Both the position numbers and the translations under genes were made by a program. A stretch of 64,000 bases of DNA from Octopus sinensis (lineage: Eukaryota): NCBI RefSeq assembly GCF_006345805.1, contig NC_043003.1, positions 15,438,001 to 15,502,000 on the forward strand. The letters are read 5' to 3'. Below are positions 13,886-27,614 of this stretch, piece after piece. How positions within the stretch are numbered: the stretch's first letter is position 1; each line of letters begins with the position of its first letter. Under the pieces are notes generated by a model. That model did not search any database, had not been told where the DNA came from, and was given only the letters and a program-made list of their open reading frames with translations.

Positions 13886-14129
13886 GCCAATATATATATA
13901 TATATTTCATTTCGTTCCTTTCGGGATTTTATCCCTAATTTTGTGGTTATAAAACCTAGGTGTTCTTTCTAGCGTGTAGAACCCCATGAGTGGATTCCTT
14001 ATGTGTTTAAATGTACACTGTATTTTATTAGTAATGCAAAGTTTTTGGACTAAATTTTTATACTCTAGGCCACTGGAAGAGAAAATTTCTATTAATTTCC
14101 ATATCCTTTCGATATAATTATATATATAT

Positions 14130-14551
14130 AACAAAATAATAAATAAAACATATGCATATATACATACATATATGTACGTACCTACATATATATGTATATA
14201 TACATGCATATATGGGTACAGGACACAAAAAAAGAAAAAAACGTCGAACACAATGAGAAACGAAAACATAAAAATAAAACCATGAAAACGGACAATATCT
14301 TTAAATAACGAAAAAACAGAGTACAAAATATACAACACAAGGAAAATTCCCCTTCTTCAGCCGCCTCTGCTTCGTCTATTCCGTGTTTTGAAGGTAAAGG
14401 CGAGACACGACTTCGTGGAAACAGTCCCACCCGCAAAGCAAATTAAATAAAATTTGTGATTTTTTTGCGGAGGGGTAAAAGTGGTAACAAAACAGGACAG
14501 TAAAAACAATACAAATAAAAACAGTGAAAAACAGGAGAAGGAGAATATATA

Positions 14552-14607
<56 letters not shown>

Positions 14608-14833
14608 TGTTGTGTCTGGGGAGAGTAATTTTTCTTCTTGTGCCTTATAATATAACACACTCACCGGTAATATTTCCGATTTTTTCTTATTTTTATTTTC
14701 CAACAATTTTCGTTGCATCTTGCAACCTTTTCAATAGTTTTGACTCTCAATATACATGTTTTATATATTATTTTGTTAGTATATATAATACACATGTATT
14801 TTGGATAAACTGGCAAAATGACCGTTCCGAAAT

Positions 14834-14911
<78 letters not shown>

Positions 14912-15165
14912 CGAAACGCGGAGTAACCGAAACAGGGGCAACCGAAGAAGGGGAATTTTCCTTGTGTTGTATGTCTTGTACTCTGTTTTTTCGTTGTTTA
15001 AAAAAAATCCGTTTCCATGTTTTTGTTTTTATGTTTTCGTTTCTCATTGTGTTCAACGTTTTTTTGGGTGTCCTGTACCCATATATGCATGTATATATAC
15101 ATATAGATGTCGGTATGTACATATATTATGCATATATGCATATATTTTATATATTATTTTGTTAG
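14130..15165. repeat. Inverted pair of a dispersed repeat (arms ~14130-14392 and ~14910-15165); third copy at ~59290-59720
   Basis: GGGTACAGGACAC...CACAATGAGAAACGAAAACATA...CAAGGAAAATTCCCCTTCTTC is mirrored by GAAGAAGGGGAATTTTCCTTG...TTTCTCATTGTG...GTGTCCTGTACCC. Possibly Penelope pseudo-LTR-like (inference). Confidence 0.7.
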
Positions 15166-15535
15166 TATATATAATACTCATGTATATGTACACACGCCCA
15201 TGTAGTTCGATGCATTATCGGCTGGAACAGCTGCCACTTCATTTGTGTAGATATTATTGACAAATAATCAACAATGTAATAAAAATTATCGAAAATGTTG
15301 AGAAATAGTCAGTGGAAATGAATGATGTAATATAAATAAATTTAACAAAATAAAGACAACAGTTTTGTGATGGCGACGAGCACAAAAAACTTAATGTCTG
15401 GCCAATTACTGCTTGATTACATTTGACAGATTTTTATTAAATCTAGCTTATGTTTCCTTATTATTGTGAATTTAAGAAAACACTAGCTTACACACAGACA
15501 TAGTATTATACATAAGACACTTCCATTAATTTACA

Positions 15536-15590
<55 letters not shown>

Positions 15591-15986
15591 TATATATATG
15601 CGTGTGTACGTATGCATGTCTGTTTATATGTATATATGGTTGTGTGTATATGTATGTATGAATGCATGTATGCATGTCTGTTCTATTTGTATGCATATAT
15701 GGCTGCATGGACAGGTAATAGATGTGTGTGCGTGTTTAGAATGTATAAAGCGTAATAAGCACAACACACACACGTGCACAGAAACACACGGCCACACACA
15801 CACATACAAACGCATACATACACACAGAGTTGTCCAATAAGTTTTCAAAATTCAAAAAAATATAGGCATAAGTTATATTGTATGTATTGTAATTTAAAAC
15901 ACTTCATAAACTTTTATTCTACGTTTCATGCAATTAATCATCAGATACTCGTAAACATTCAGAGCAACAATTTGATTTACAATTAC

Positions 15987-16018
<32 letters not shown>

Positions 16019-16019
16019 G

Positions 16020-16050
<31 letters not shown>

Positions 16051-16104
16051 GTATATACGTTTAAATATTTGTTGTGCAAGATTTTTTATGTCGTGTGTTG
16101 AAAC

Positions 16105-16700
16105 AGATATTGTATATTTCGGAATGGTCATATTGCCAGTTTAGCCAATAAAAACACACGCACTATATATTTGGTGTTATTTTGCTTCAGTGATATTTAT
16201 TTTTTACATTAATCTTAATCTTATTTCGATTAGATTTATTATTATTATTACTAATATTATTGTATACATACATACAAGCATATGTAATGATAATAATGGG
16301 TGGATGTAAACACATGAACAAAATTAGAACAAAAGCAACAACAAAAAACAAAATACAAAATACATGACTGTATATAAACAGAAGATACAAATATTACAGG
16401 CATCCCCCCCCCACACACACTAAATAACATAGACGCACATAGAGATATAAGCATGCGCAAATGAAGACATACAATAGAAATACAAATGGCTGACGGTTAG
16501 TAAGGAGAGACAACAAATACGAAAGAAGAAAACAAAGGACCACTGATGCGGTCACAGGAGTGTGACGAAAGAACTCTGGTCGAAATAAGATTAAGATTAA
16601 TGTAGAAAATAAATATCACTGAAGCAAATAACACCAATATATAGTGCGTGTGTTTTTATTGGCTAAACTGGCAATATGACCATTCCGAATATAACAATAT
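16105..16700. repeat. Inverted repeat (arms ~16105-16229 and ~16580-16700), Penelope pseudo-LTR-like
   Basis: TCGAAATAAGATTAAGATTAATGTA...GGCAATATGACCATTCCGAA is the reverse complement of the left arm. Confidence 0.7.
16538..16581 (+). ncRNA. Decayed minimal type I hammerhead ribozyme-like motif
   Basis: GACCA-CTGATGCG-GTCACA(GGAG)TGTGAC-GAAA-GAAC-TC-TGGTC. Stem I 5 bp, stem II 6 bp, minimal stem III. Core deviates from canonical (C at A9 plus an extra G). Confidence 0.45.
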
Positions 16701-16728
16701 ATGTATATATTATATATATATGTATATA

Positions 16729-16790
<62 letters not shown>

Positions 16791-16813
16791 TATATATATG
16801 TATATATATATAT

Positions 16814-16865
<52 letters not shown>

Positions 16866-16873
16866 TGTATAAA

Positions 16874-16906
<33 letters not shown>

Positions 16907-17734
16907 TGTATGTATATACACTGTTGAGTCTGGGGAGAGTCATTCTCTTTTATAATTTAACACACGCACCGGTAAAATTTCCACTCATTTACTTATTTAA
17001 TTTTCTAAAATTTTCGTTGTGTCTTGCAACCTTTTCAATAGTTGTTGACTCTGTCTGTTATTCAAGCTGCGTTCTTTTCGTTTGTTTGTGTGCACGTGTG
17101 TGTGTCAGTGTGTGTGGGCATACGCATGTATGTATGTATGTATGTATGTATGTATGTATGTATGTATGTATGTATGTATGTATGTGTGTATGCATGCAAG
17201 TGTGTGTATGCATGTGTGTATGTGTGTGTGTATGTGTGTGTGCGCGTATGTATATATGCATGTGTACGTTTGTATGTATGTATTCTGCATATTCATATTC
17301 ATGTTTGTGTGTTTTTATGTGTGTGTGTTTGCACGTGTGTGTGTATCTCTGTCTCCTTGTGTGTGTGTGTGTGTGTGGGGGGGTTATGACGATGTACTAT
17401 GTCTGTATGTATGGATGTGCATCTCCATGTGTGGACGTGTGTCTCCATATGTGTCCTTGTGGAAAGCGAAGCGTGTGTGTATATGGTCAAGTGTTTCAAT
17501 CTTCATTTGTGTATGTATGTGTATATGTGCTTGTCTGTTCATAAAGCCTATGTACCTATCTGTATGTATGTCTATCTGTTTACTTTCATATCCATATGCC
17601 TACATACATGTGCATATACATATTTACATATACACACTCACATACATACACCTATCTACATAACCGCACACTAACTATTCTACCTGTATATAAATATAAA
17701 CTGTGGGTATGGCGGTGTGATTATCTACTACATA

Positions 17735-18790
17735 TATTTCCTATTTAGTACTGGGGATGATTCATTTATGAGGACTTACTCCTATATTTGTCTGAGTGTT
17801 GGGTCCTATGGGTGCTTGGATAAAATACGGATGTCAAGTTGACCCAAGTTGTCTCCATGTTGGTCCTTGGCATGTTGGTATAGTATGGAGGACTGTTTTT
17901 TTTTGTCATCATATTGTCTCAAATGTTCATTTAGTCTTTCCGCAATGCTCCTAGATGTCTCCCCTATGTATGTCATGTTCATGTCTGTACAAGCACTTTC
18001 TATGCATCTTATGCTATAGACTACACTTCTCGTTCCACAGTTAATGCCAGAGCTAATCCTACATACCATGCAGTTATCATTGGCGCATATGGTATTCTCA
18101 AAAGGATACGTCCTACAGAGTTGTGATCTGATAGAGTTTCCTGGTTTTTCAACAATTTTAATGTTGAGTTTGGTCTCCTTCTACTGGCTAGTTCTCCATC
18201 GGCTGTGGCCTCTACAAACATCCCTCCTTGATATTCGTCGGTTTTATACAACGTGTTCACCCTGTTTGATTTGTCACAAGCTCTTTGTATCGTATTCCAG
18301 TCTTTGATTCTATATCTAGGACAGGTACCACTGGTTTCATTACATATAATGTTATCTAACTTCTTTCTAGCGCCCCTGTATACTCGAACCCTATCTTTCC
18401 GATCATATCCAGAGAATTGTATGCGGTGCATGAAGTTCTGTACATGTTTCTTCATTTCATAGGGTTTACTTAGTGGGGACACATTGTTCATTATCCTAAC
18501 TAAGTCTTCTATCTGTATGTTAATTTTCAAGTTGTATGACAAAGCCGAGTTCTTGTGAACAACATATTTCGAAGCTATGTGTTTCAGGTAATAGGAGTGG
18601 AGGAACTGCACTCTGTTGTTCACAGTCTCTAACCAAAGTTCAGTATCAAGGACGGGGAGTCTATTGTTGGGGTGCCTAGTGGGGCTAATCTATAGTTACC
18701 GCTAATTCCATCTACCAAAGTATCAACTTTGTTATATACAGACAGGAGTCTTTATGAAAAGTGATTTTGGAGAAATATCAGGGTTCCGTA
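17735..18790 (-). pseudogene. Penelope-like retroelement remnant: RT thumb plus GIY-YIG endonuclease
   Basis: ORF 17806-18069 VVYSIRC...YIGETSRSIAERLNEH (GIY-YIG). ORF 18021-18623 VVHKNSALSYNLKINIQIEDLVRIMNNVSP...MHRIQFSGY (PLE RT C-terminus). RHPNNRLPVLDTELW upstream. Frameshifted. Confidence 0.8.
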
Positions 18791-19564
18791 AAAAGTTATT
18801 GGGTTTCTATTAGATGTCCTCCTCCTCCTCCTCCTCCCCTCCTCCCCTCTTCTTCCTCCTCCTCCTCCTCCTCCAACATAACATGACAGTCCTGGTTCAG
18901 GACTAATGTTGGCAATCTTTACTACAAAGTACTGTTGCTGAATATCTCACGTTGTGAGATTTTAAAATAGTAATTTTCTAATTTATTGGGTTATTTCTGA
19001 AAATTTTATCCAAAACACCTGAAAGCGTAGCCTGTGTTGTGTCTGTATCAAAAGATAGTCACCCCTCTGCTACTCATTGAAAAGTGAAGGAAATTGGAAT
19101 ACGAGGATTACTTAATGCACTTTATATATACACTTTATATACTTTATGCACAATTTTATAGACTTAATGCACAACACTCTCCCTCCTTCTCTTTCACTCT
19201 TCACCTTACCCTCTTTTTCTCTTCCTTTTTCTTTCACTCTTCGCCCTTCCCTTCAGCTAATCACGTGAAAGCGTTACAAACGAGCTAAGTTACGGAGAAA
19301 AAATAAACTTAGTTAAAAAAATAAATTACATATTCACATATTCACCACCACTTCTCCTTCCTACTCCTTCCTACTCCCTTATCTTCCCCCACCCCTACCA
19401 CTCCTCTCCTCCCCCTTCAACTTATCACGTGGAAACGTTACGGACGGGCTAAGTAATGGAGTGACAAGTTGAATTATTATAAGGTGTCATATACGCTGAA
19501 CAGATTAGACTGTTGGAAAAGAAAAATTCCTAAAATCGGGCTACAACAAGTGACCTTAGATACC

Positions 19565-19745
19565 AAGTAACCTACCTAAGTATCATAGCTGTCCCTAATA
19601 ACAATGTTTTCTGCAGCTGAACTAAACTGGGTTTTATGCCTGTTTCCTCTATCCATGTGTTGATATCTTTAGGGACAGTTCCTAATGAACCTACAACTAC
19701 AGGGATACATTTTACCCGCACTTTCCATAGTGTTGGTGGCGTTGG
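19565..19745 (-). pseudogene. R4/Dong-like (restriction-like endonuclease) non-LTR retrotransposon, extreme C-terminus
   Basis: LWKVRVKCIPVVVGSLGTVPKDINTWIEETGIKPSLVQLQKTLLLGTAMILR. Confidence 0.7.
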
Positions 19746-20604
19746 TGTCGGTGTTGGTGGAGATGTTGCTATCATTATTTTGTTAACGTTTTCTCACTCA
19801 ACAAAATCCCTTTACTTATGCAAAGGATCGATATCTTTTACATTAGCATCAACTTTCGTTTTTGGTAGTTCATTTCCTTTCTCCTTTTCTTTCCTTTCCT
19901 GCCTTCTTTTCCCCTTAGTTTATTTGTTTGTTTGTTTCTGTTTTTCCTTCATTCATTTTTTCTTGCTTTCTTTCATTCATTCATTCTTTGTTTGTTTGTT
20001 TCTTTCTTTCTTTTCAAGTTATATATTTAAATCCTCTATTTCGTCATTTATAGTCTTAAGTTCTATACAACTCTTTCTCTCTCTCTCTCACACACACACA
20101 CCACCACACAAAGACACACACAAAGACACACCCAGATACATGCTCAGACACACACACATACATACACACACACGCGCGCACATACAAACATAGTTATAAC
20201 GCACGTACAAACACATCAGCATATACAACGTTAAAACACACACACACACCCACACAACCTTAAGCTGACACACATACAAAGTTGGTGTCATACATATTCA
20301 TACACGGACACTTAGAAGCACTCAAAAACTTACAAATATGCACAAGCACAAGCATTCAAAGAAACTATTGAACAGATTAATAAATAATATTAAAATAAGC
20401 GAAGATAAATAAGTAGACAAACAAACCATGTTCACAAGATGACCCCTAGATGGATCATCTTTATTTTAAGTCGTGAAAAAAGCGAAGAATTTTTGTAAAG
20501 ATAATCATTTAGTTGTTAATTCATTTAATATATGACGAAAACTTTTAGTTTGTGCCAACGCATAAATTATAAGGAGCTTTGCAGATAATGTACAGTATTA
20601 TTGT

Positions 20605-21182
20605 TGCTTAGCGGTATTTCGTCTGTCGTTACGTTCTGAGTTCAAATTCCGCCGAGGTCGACTTTGCCTTTCATCCTTTCGGGGTCGATAAATTAAGGAC
20701 CAGTTACGCACTGGGGTCGATATAATCGACTTAACCCGTTTGTCTGTCCTTGTTTGTCCTCTCTGTGTTTAGCCCCTTGTGGGTAGTAAAGAAATAGGTA
20801 TTTCGTCTGCCGTTGCCTTCTGAGTTCAAATTCCGCTGAGGTCGACTTTGCCTTTCCTCTCCTTTCGGGGTCGATAAATTAAGTACCAGTTACGCACTGG
20901 GCTCGATATAATCGACTTAATCCGTGTGTCTGTCCTTGTTTGTTCCCTCTATGTTTAGCCCCTGTGGGCAATAAAGAAATAAGAAACGTTAGCACGCCGG
21001 ATAAAATGCTTAACAGCATTTTGTCCGCCTTAACGTTCTGAGTTGAAATTCTGCCGAGATCGACTTTGCCTTTCATCCTTTCGTGGTCAATAAAATAAGT
21101 ACAAGTTGAGCACTGGGGGCGATGGGATCGACTAGTCCCCTCCCGAAGGGTTTCCGGCCTTGTGCCTCTAGGAGAAAGGATT
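20605..21182 (+). repeat. SINE family N, tandem chain
   Basis: Three successive family N cores ending in AGAAAGGATTATT. Confidence 0.75.
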
Positions 21183-21199
21183 ATTGCTTTACTTCTCAC

Positions 21200-21620
21200 A
21201 ACGTTCGGTTTTGTTTAAACCGGTAGATTCTGGAAGAGCGGACAGCAGCTTGCTGTCAGAGGTCACACAGGGCCTCTTTCCGCACATTATGATCTTTGAT
21301 ACTTGGTTGTTAATTATCGTGGGAGACATTCAACATCCAAGTACTAACCTCAAAATCCTAGCTGACCCCTGCAGAGCAGTTTTTTTTGGCTTGTTCTGCT
21401 CTCATGTCAATTCCGATTTCTCTGACATATTTCTCGAACTTGGTCCTCAGTGCTCCGAGTGCCCCCACAACAACATGAATGACAGACACTCTCCTCAAAG
21501 TCCACATTCTTGCAATTTCGTCTTTTAATAGTCTGTACCTTTCGATCTTTTCTTCTATGTCCCCTTATGGAATCTCCCTTCATTATCAGTGGGTTTGCTC
21601 AAAAGATAACATTTCATGAC
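21200..21620 (-). pseudogene. R4/Dong-like LINE 3' end
   Basis: Minus-strand EEKIERYRLLKDEIARMWTLRRVSVIHVVVGALGALRTKFEKYVREIGIDMR, then TALQGSARILR after a frameshift. Confidence 0.7.
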
Positions 21621-21831
21621 AGCTATATTCATCGTACCGGACAAAATGCTTAGCGGCATTTCATCTGTCTTTACGCTCTAAGTTCAAATTCTACTGAGGT
21701 CGGCTTTACCGTTCATTCTTTCGGGGTCGATAAAATAAATACCATTTGAAGACTGGGGTCGATATACTCAACTCATCCCCTCTCCCCAAAATGGCTGCCC
21801 TTGTGCCAAAATTATTATTATTATTATTATG

Positions 21832-21875
<44 letters not shown>

Positions 21876-22164
21876 GGCACTCTTCTATTTTTTATTTGTG
21901 TATAACTTCTGGATGAACGACTTCAGTCCTATATAATCTTAACAAATAATGAAGTAGACTGACATGTAATTTCTGAACCTGTGGAAGGCATGCTAGATGC
22001 CGAAATATCGTTCAACCAAATTCACATGATAACTATGGCACTCTTCTATTTTTATTTCTGTATCATCATCATCATCATCATCATCGTCGTCGTCGTCGTC
22101 GTCGTCGCGTCGTCGTCGTCGTCGTCGTCGTCATCGTCATCGTCGTCGTCGTCGTCGTCGTCGG

Positions 22165-22236
<72 letters not shown>

Positions 22237-22237
<1 letters not shown>

Positions 22238-22791
22238 GAGTGAGAGAGCAGTTCATGCCATCAAAGTGACACTGGGGTAAAATATACGAAGCCCAATATA
22301 CCCATCATGACTACCCGTCTGATAAAGGCACACCAGGCACATGCATCACAACCATATGTGCACGACATGGTGATCTCATATCAAGATAAACAGCACATGA
22401 CCTTGCAGGTGGGGCCCAGTTAGAATTTTCTTCAGGTTGAGTAGCCCATCCCGCTCAAACGGTCCCTGAATAAGGGTTGTTTAAGGATATTGAAAGAACC
22501 ACCCATGTTTCCAGAAGTGAATTATTCAAATCCCAAAGAATCCCTCTCAACACATGGCTATGATGCTCCCCCACTACTTCTGCTCGTGATCAGAGATGTA
22601 CATATCGTCAGCCACTAAGGGACATGCTCAACTGTTAAGGTCAAACAACTGACAAGCAAATCTGTGGTATTGAGCAGAATATTTGCTGTAGCCCATCTTT
22701 TATACAATAGACAAAACAATGTACATGATAACACTTCCAATCAGTTAAGATCAGAAGCCATGAGAGCCATTGCCTGGTACTGCATCAGGGC

Positions 22792-22793
<2 letters not shown>
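22237..22793 (+). mobile_element. ~560-bp non-coding interspersed element flanked by (ATT)n on both sides; partial reverse copy at ~27259-27593
   Basis: GAGTGAGAGAGCAGTTCATGCCATCAAAGTGACACTGGGGT... matches the reverse of 27259-27593. Both copies sit in (ATT/AAT)n tracts. Confidence 0.65.
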
Positions 22794-22850
<57 letters not shown>

Positions 22851-22859
22851 TATTCGTAG

Positions 22860-23930
22860 TTTTTATTTTTATAGCGTGCTTTCACTTCACTACCGAGCGC
22901 AGCTCTGTGTGCCTTGGGTATGTGCTGTGATTTGTTGTGATGCTCTGATGGTTATTGGTATGGAAAGTGTTCTGCGTAGGATTTTTGCAGTGCCTAGTAG
23001 TGCAATTTTCTGGTATGTTATATGTGTTTGTAGTCCTGGTGTTTTTTTTATGTATTTGTCTGACTATTTTTTTTTTTATCATGCTAATGCACCTACTATG
23101 ATAGGAATTGTTTCTGTTTTCAGGTTCCACATTCTAGTTACCTCTATTTCCAGGTCTTTGTATTTTGAGAGTTTCTCCATTTCTTTTAGAGACACGTTGT
23201 CATCAGCCGGTATTGATACATCAATTAGAAAGCATTTTTTTTCTTCATGATCTCTGACAACTATATCTGGTCTGTTGCCTTAATTCTCTATCTGTGTGTA
23301 TCGGCATATCCAGAGTATGGTTGCTTTCTCGTTTTCTGTGACCTTTTCTGGTGTGTGTGGCTATACCATCTTTTTTCTGTTGTTATTCCATAATGTTGGC
23401 ATAGCTTCCAGTGTATGTAGGTTCCAACTCTGTCATGTCTGTGAATATATCCTTCCTTCTTAGCCGACTGGGCAGCTAGAGATAATATGATTTATTGTTT
23501 CTTGTCCATCTCCACATATTCTGCAGTTACTTGTAATATTCTTTTCATTACATGTTTTTGGTAATTTCTGGTGGGGAGGCTTTGGTCTTGTGCTGCAATT
23601 AAAAATCCCTCTGTTTCTGCTTTGAGTCCTGAGCTCCTCAACCATTGCTGGGATTTTTCTTTGTCTATTTCTTTTGCGTTTAGTTTAGTGCAGTATTTAC
23701 CATGAAGGGGCTTTTCTTGCCATCGTTTTATCATGGCTCGTTGCTGTTCTATTTTAAGTTTGGATTTCATTTGTTTTATAGCTTTTGTTGTTTCTTCATC
23801 ATCTTCTTCTTCTTCTTTGTGTTTATTAGGTGGTATGATTTCTTGTTTGTATTTGTCAGCTTGCTTAAATACTGAGAACAGTTTTTTGTTTTGCTCGTGT
23901 TTTGCTGCTATCTGGATCAGTTTTCCTTCC
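22860..23930 (-). pseudogene. R4/Dong-like LINE 3' part (CCHC knuckle plus RLE)
   Basis: WQEKPLHGKY...QWLRSSGLKAETEGFLIAAQDQSLPTRNY, CRICGDGQETINHIISSC, ETIPIIVGAL. Frameshifted; (ATT)n on both sides. Confidence 0.8.
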
Positions 23931-23967
23931 TTCTGAAGTAGGTATTTTTGCAGTCCTATAATACGTT

Positions 23968-24041
<74 letters not shown>

Positions 24042-24224
24042 GTTATTATTCAAAATGACGAGCTGGCAGAATTGTTAGTACGCTGGACTAAATGCTTAGC
24101 GGCATTTTGTCTGTCTCTACGTTCTGAGTTCAAATTCCTTCAAAATCAACTCTGCCTTTCATCCTTTCAGGGTCGATAAAATAAATGTCAGTTGATAAAT
24201 GAAGTCAACTGGTCCTCTCCCCCA

Positions 24225-24620
24225 TCTTGAGCGGCTAAGATAAAGCCCTCGCTGTCTGCCTTTATCCCTGAGCTTAGGAGCCACTGATGGATGTGCTTCT
24301 GGTCTACATCAGCTTGTTTGCTACGGGCTACGTATTTGCCATGCAGAGGCTTTTCAGCCATTTGTTCAAACGCGTTTTCTTTTGGTATTGATTTCGCCTT
24401 CTTTGCAACAACAGTTCCCGCACTTCTATCATGCTGTTCATGAACTCACTCTCGTGGTTTTCAGCGAGTTTTGACATCCATCGTTAGATGTTTTAAGATA
24501 TTTGGCCAGTCCAATGTGGTGGTTTTGTAAGAGATATCAAATTGGATCAAACCTCAATCCCCTTATAGAAATGTCGTCAGGCGCTCATCGTCCTTTACTG
24601 GTCGGTGGGAGTTCTACTTT
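24225..24620 (-). pseudogene. R4/Dong-like LINE fragment
   Basis: Minus-strand EKPLHGKYVARSKQADVDQKHIHQWLLSSGIKADSEGFILAAQD. Confidence 0.65.
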
Positions 24621-24640
24621 AGCAATGTATACAAATTAGT

Positions 24641-24677
<37 letters not shown>

Positions 24678-24779
24678 TTATGACGTTCTCGAAAGAAACT
24701 CTCAGCGTTGACGAGGACGAACTACTGGTTTATTTCGGAGAACTTTCGAACCGGGAACCACCATGGATAACTTCCAGGA

Positions 24780-25819
24780 ATCACTACTACTACTACTACT
24801 ACTACTAAAACCACCACCGCCACCACCACCACCGCCACCACCACCACCACCACCACCACCACCACAACCACCACCATCACCACCACAAAAACCACCTCCA
24901 CCACCACTACCACCACCACCACCACCACTACTACTGATGACAATCATAATTTCATTACAACCATCACAATTAATGTGATTGCATATTACTACTAATACAA
25001 ACATTATTCTCCTACCACCACCGCCCTCATCATTACTATAATCCTCATAATCACAACCTCGAAACCATGGCCATCATCCCTACCATAACCATAACTAAAA
25101 CAACATCAATAACCACCACCAACACCACCGCAACGACCAACGTAACAATAACCTCCTCCAACACACCAACAACAGTGGAGGCGCAATGGCCCAGTGGTTA
25201 GGTCGTAAGAACGCGGTTTCCATTCCCAGATTGTGAGTGTTTATTGAGCAAACACCGAAGCTCCACGAGGCTCCGGCGGGGAGGGATGGTGAACCCCGCT
25301 GTACTCTTTCACCACAACTTTCTCTCACTCTTTCTTCCTACTTCTTCCTACTTCTGCTACAAAGCAGAGGAACCATGGTGTAACCCACTATGGTGTGGCA
25401 AACTTTCAGACCCTAGTCTAGATTGCGAATCCTCTGTACCCCAGGATGGTTCAGCTCTCCACCTGTTAAAAGCCACCGTTTACCGAATGAGGATAACAAC
25501 GTAGCTTTCGCGCCCGTGCAACTGCCAGTCTATCGCGTGTGGTGGGCGGATCTTCATGTTGCCACACGCATTCTTAGTAGCTTAGAGTAGGCATGAATTA
25601 GGGATTATTCTTTGTGGCTAATGGCGTGAGTCCTGATTGGAGGAAGAAGGCAACAACAATACAACAACTACCACCACCACCACCACCACCACCACCACCA
25701 ACAACAACAACACCACCACACCACCACCACCACCACCACCACCACCACCACCACCACCACCACCACCACTACTGCTACTACTACTACTACTACTACTACT
25801 GCTGCTGCTGCTACTGCTG

Positions 25820-25881
<62 letters not shown>

Positions 25882-25940
25882 GCTGCTACTACTACTACTA
25901 CTACTACTACTGCTGCTGCTACTGCTGCTGCTGCTGCCTG

Positions 25941-25982
<42 letters not shown>

Positions 25983-26640
25983 CTCTACAGAAAATCGTAA
26001 CCATAATCACCGCTATTGCAGCCGCGGCCGCGCGCCGCCACAAGGAAGACCATAACTATCACCTCAACAATTAACACAACTACAATCACCACGATATAAC
26101 CACTTTTAACACAACCACCATAACAATAATGATGACAACAACAACAACCACGACCGTCCTCTCCACAGCGTCCTCCGCAACTACACCCACTACCCCGGCA
26201 ACTCCCACCGTAACCGCCGCCGCCACCGCAATAACAACAGCCTCAATTATCTCTAACATAATAATTAGAGCCACAATCAGTACACCATTACCACCATTAA
26301 CACCATCACCACACCACTATCACCATCACCACCACCACTACCACCATTACCACCACCACCATTATCATCACCACCATCACCACCACCACTACTACCACTA
26401 TTACCATCACCACCACTACCACTACCCCACGACCATTACCAACATCACCACCACTACCACCACCACCATCACCATCATTACCACCATCACCACCACGACC
26501 ACCACCACCTCCACCACCACCACCACTACCACCACCATTACCAACCATCACCACCACCACCACCACCACCACCATCACCACCACTACCACCACCATTACC
26601 CCTATAACCACCCAAAACAGCAAAACGGCGATGACCGCCA
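24780..26640. repeat. Trinucleotide microsatellite field: (CAC)n, (TAC)n, (TGC)n, (CAT)n; includes a SINE B head at ~25177-25339
   Basis: Direct reading. The poly-P/H/S/L ORFs here are translations of these repeats. Confidence 0.9.
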
Positions 26641-27071
26641 CCAGACCACTCCAACTGTGACCACTAGTTCTATCAACATCAAGGACCCACCACCAGCAGC
26701 ATGAATAAGTTAACAGATGAAAGGATGAGCAAACATGTTAAAAACGAAATTACATACAAATTATTTTAATGACTAAATTGATTTTTAACAAGATTAATTA
26801 ATTCTACTATAAATAGTAATTGTAAAGACTGACTGATTGAAAAAAAATTTGATGGAAATATAACGGATTTGTTTCGCTGTTTAATCAATTATTCAAAGTA
26901 GATGAATAGAGAATGGCAATTTCAAAGCTGTTGGCATTCTTTAAGAGAAAGACAGTTGTTGCTAAAGCAACAAGCGCAGCCGTGTTGAAAAGAACAATTG
27001 AACATTAACAAAACCACCATTATCATAATTCCATTATCATAACAAACATTATCATAACAAACATTATCATC

Positions 27072-27114
<43 letters not shown>

Positions 27115-27614
27115 TGAACGAACTATTGAGTTTGGTTTAATGGCCTACCAATGTATACTATGAGTTTCTTTGCCCTAGGAGTCGGGAAGACACTCAGCAA
27201 GAAATGGAAGCAAATTTGAAAGAAGAAAAAAAGTAATAATAATAATAATGATAATAATAGGGGGAGCATCATAGCCATGTGTTGAAAAGGATTCTTTGGG
27301 GTTTGAATAATTCACCTCTGGAAACATGGGTGTTTCGTTCAACGTCCTTAAACAACCCTTATTCAGGGACCTTTTGAGCGGGATGGGTTACTCGATCTGA
27401 AGAAAATTCTAACTGGGCTCCACCTGCAAGGTCATGTGCTGTTTATCTTGATATAAGATCACCATGTCGCGCACATATGGTTGTGATGCATGTGCCTAGT
27501 GTACCCTTATCAGACGGGTAGTCATGATGGGTATACTGGGCTTCGTATATTTTACCCCAGTGTCACTTTGATGGCATGCTCTGCTCGCTCACTCAATAAT
27601 AATAATAATAATAA

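Noticed and set aside
826-17674. Numerous YIYI/CVCV/HTHT ORFs (also at 28-30.5 kb and 58.7-60.5 kb)
   Set aside because: Translations of (TA)n, (TG)n and (TATG)n microsatellites.
24702-26704. Poly-Pro/His/Ser/Leu/Thr ORFs resembling low-complexity proteins
   Set aside because: Stop-free trinucleotide repeats open in several frames on both strands, with no unique domain.
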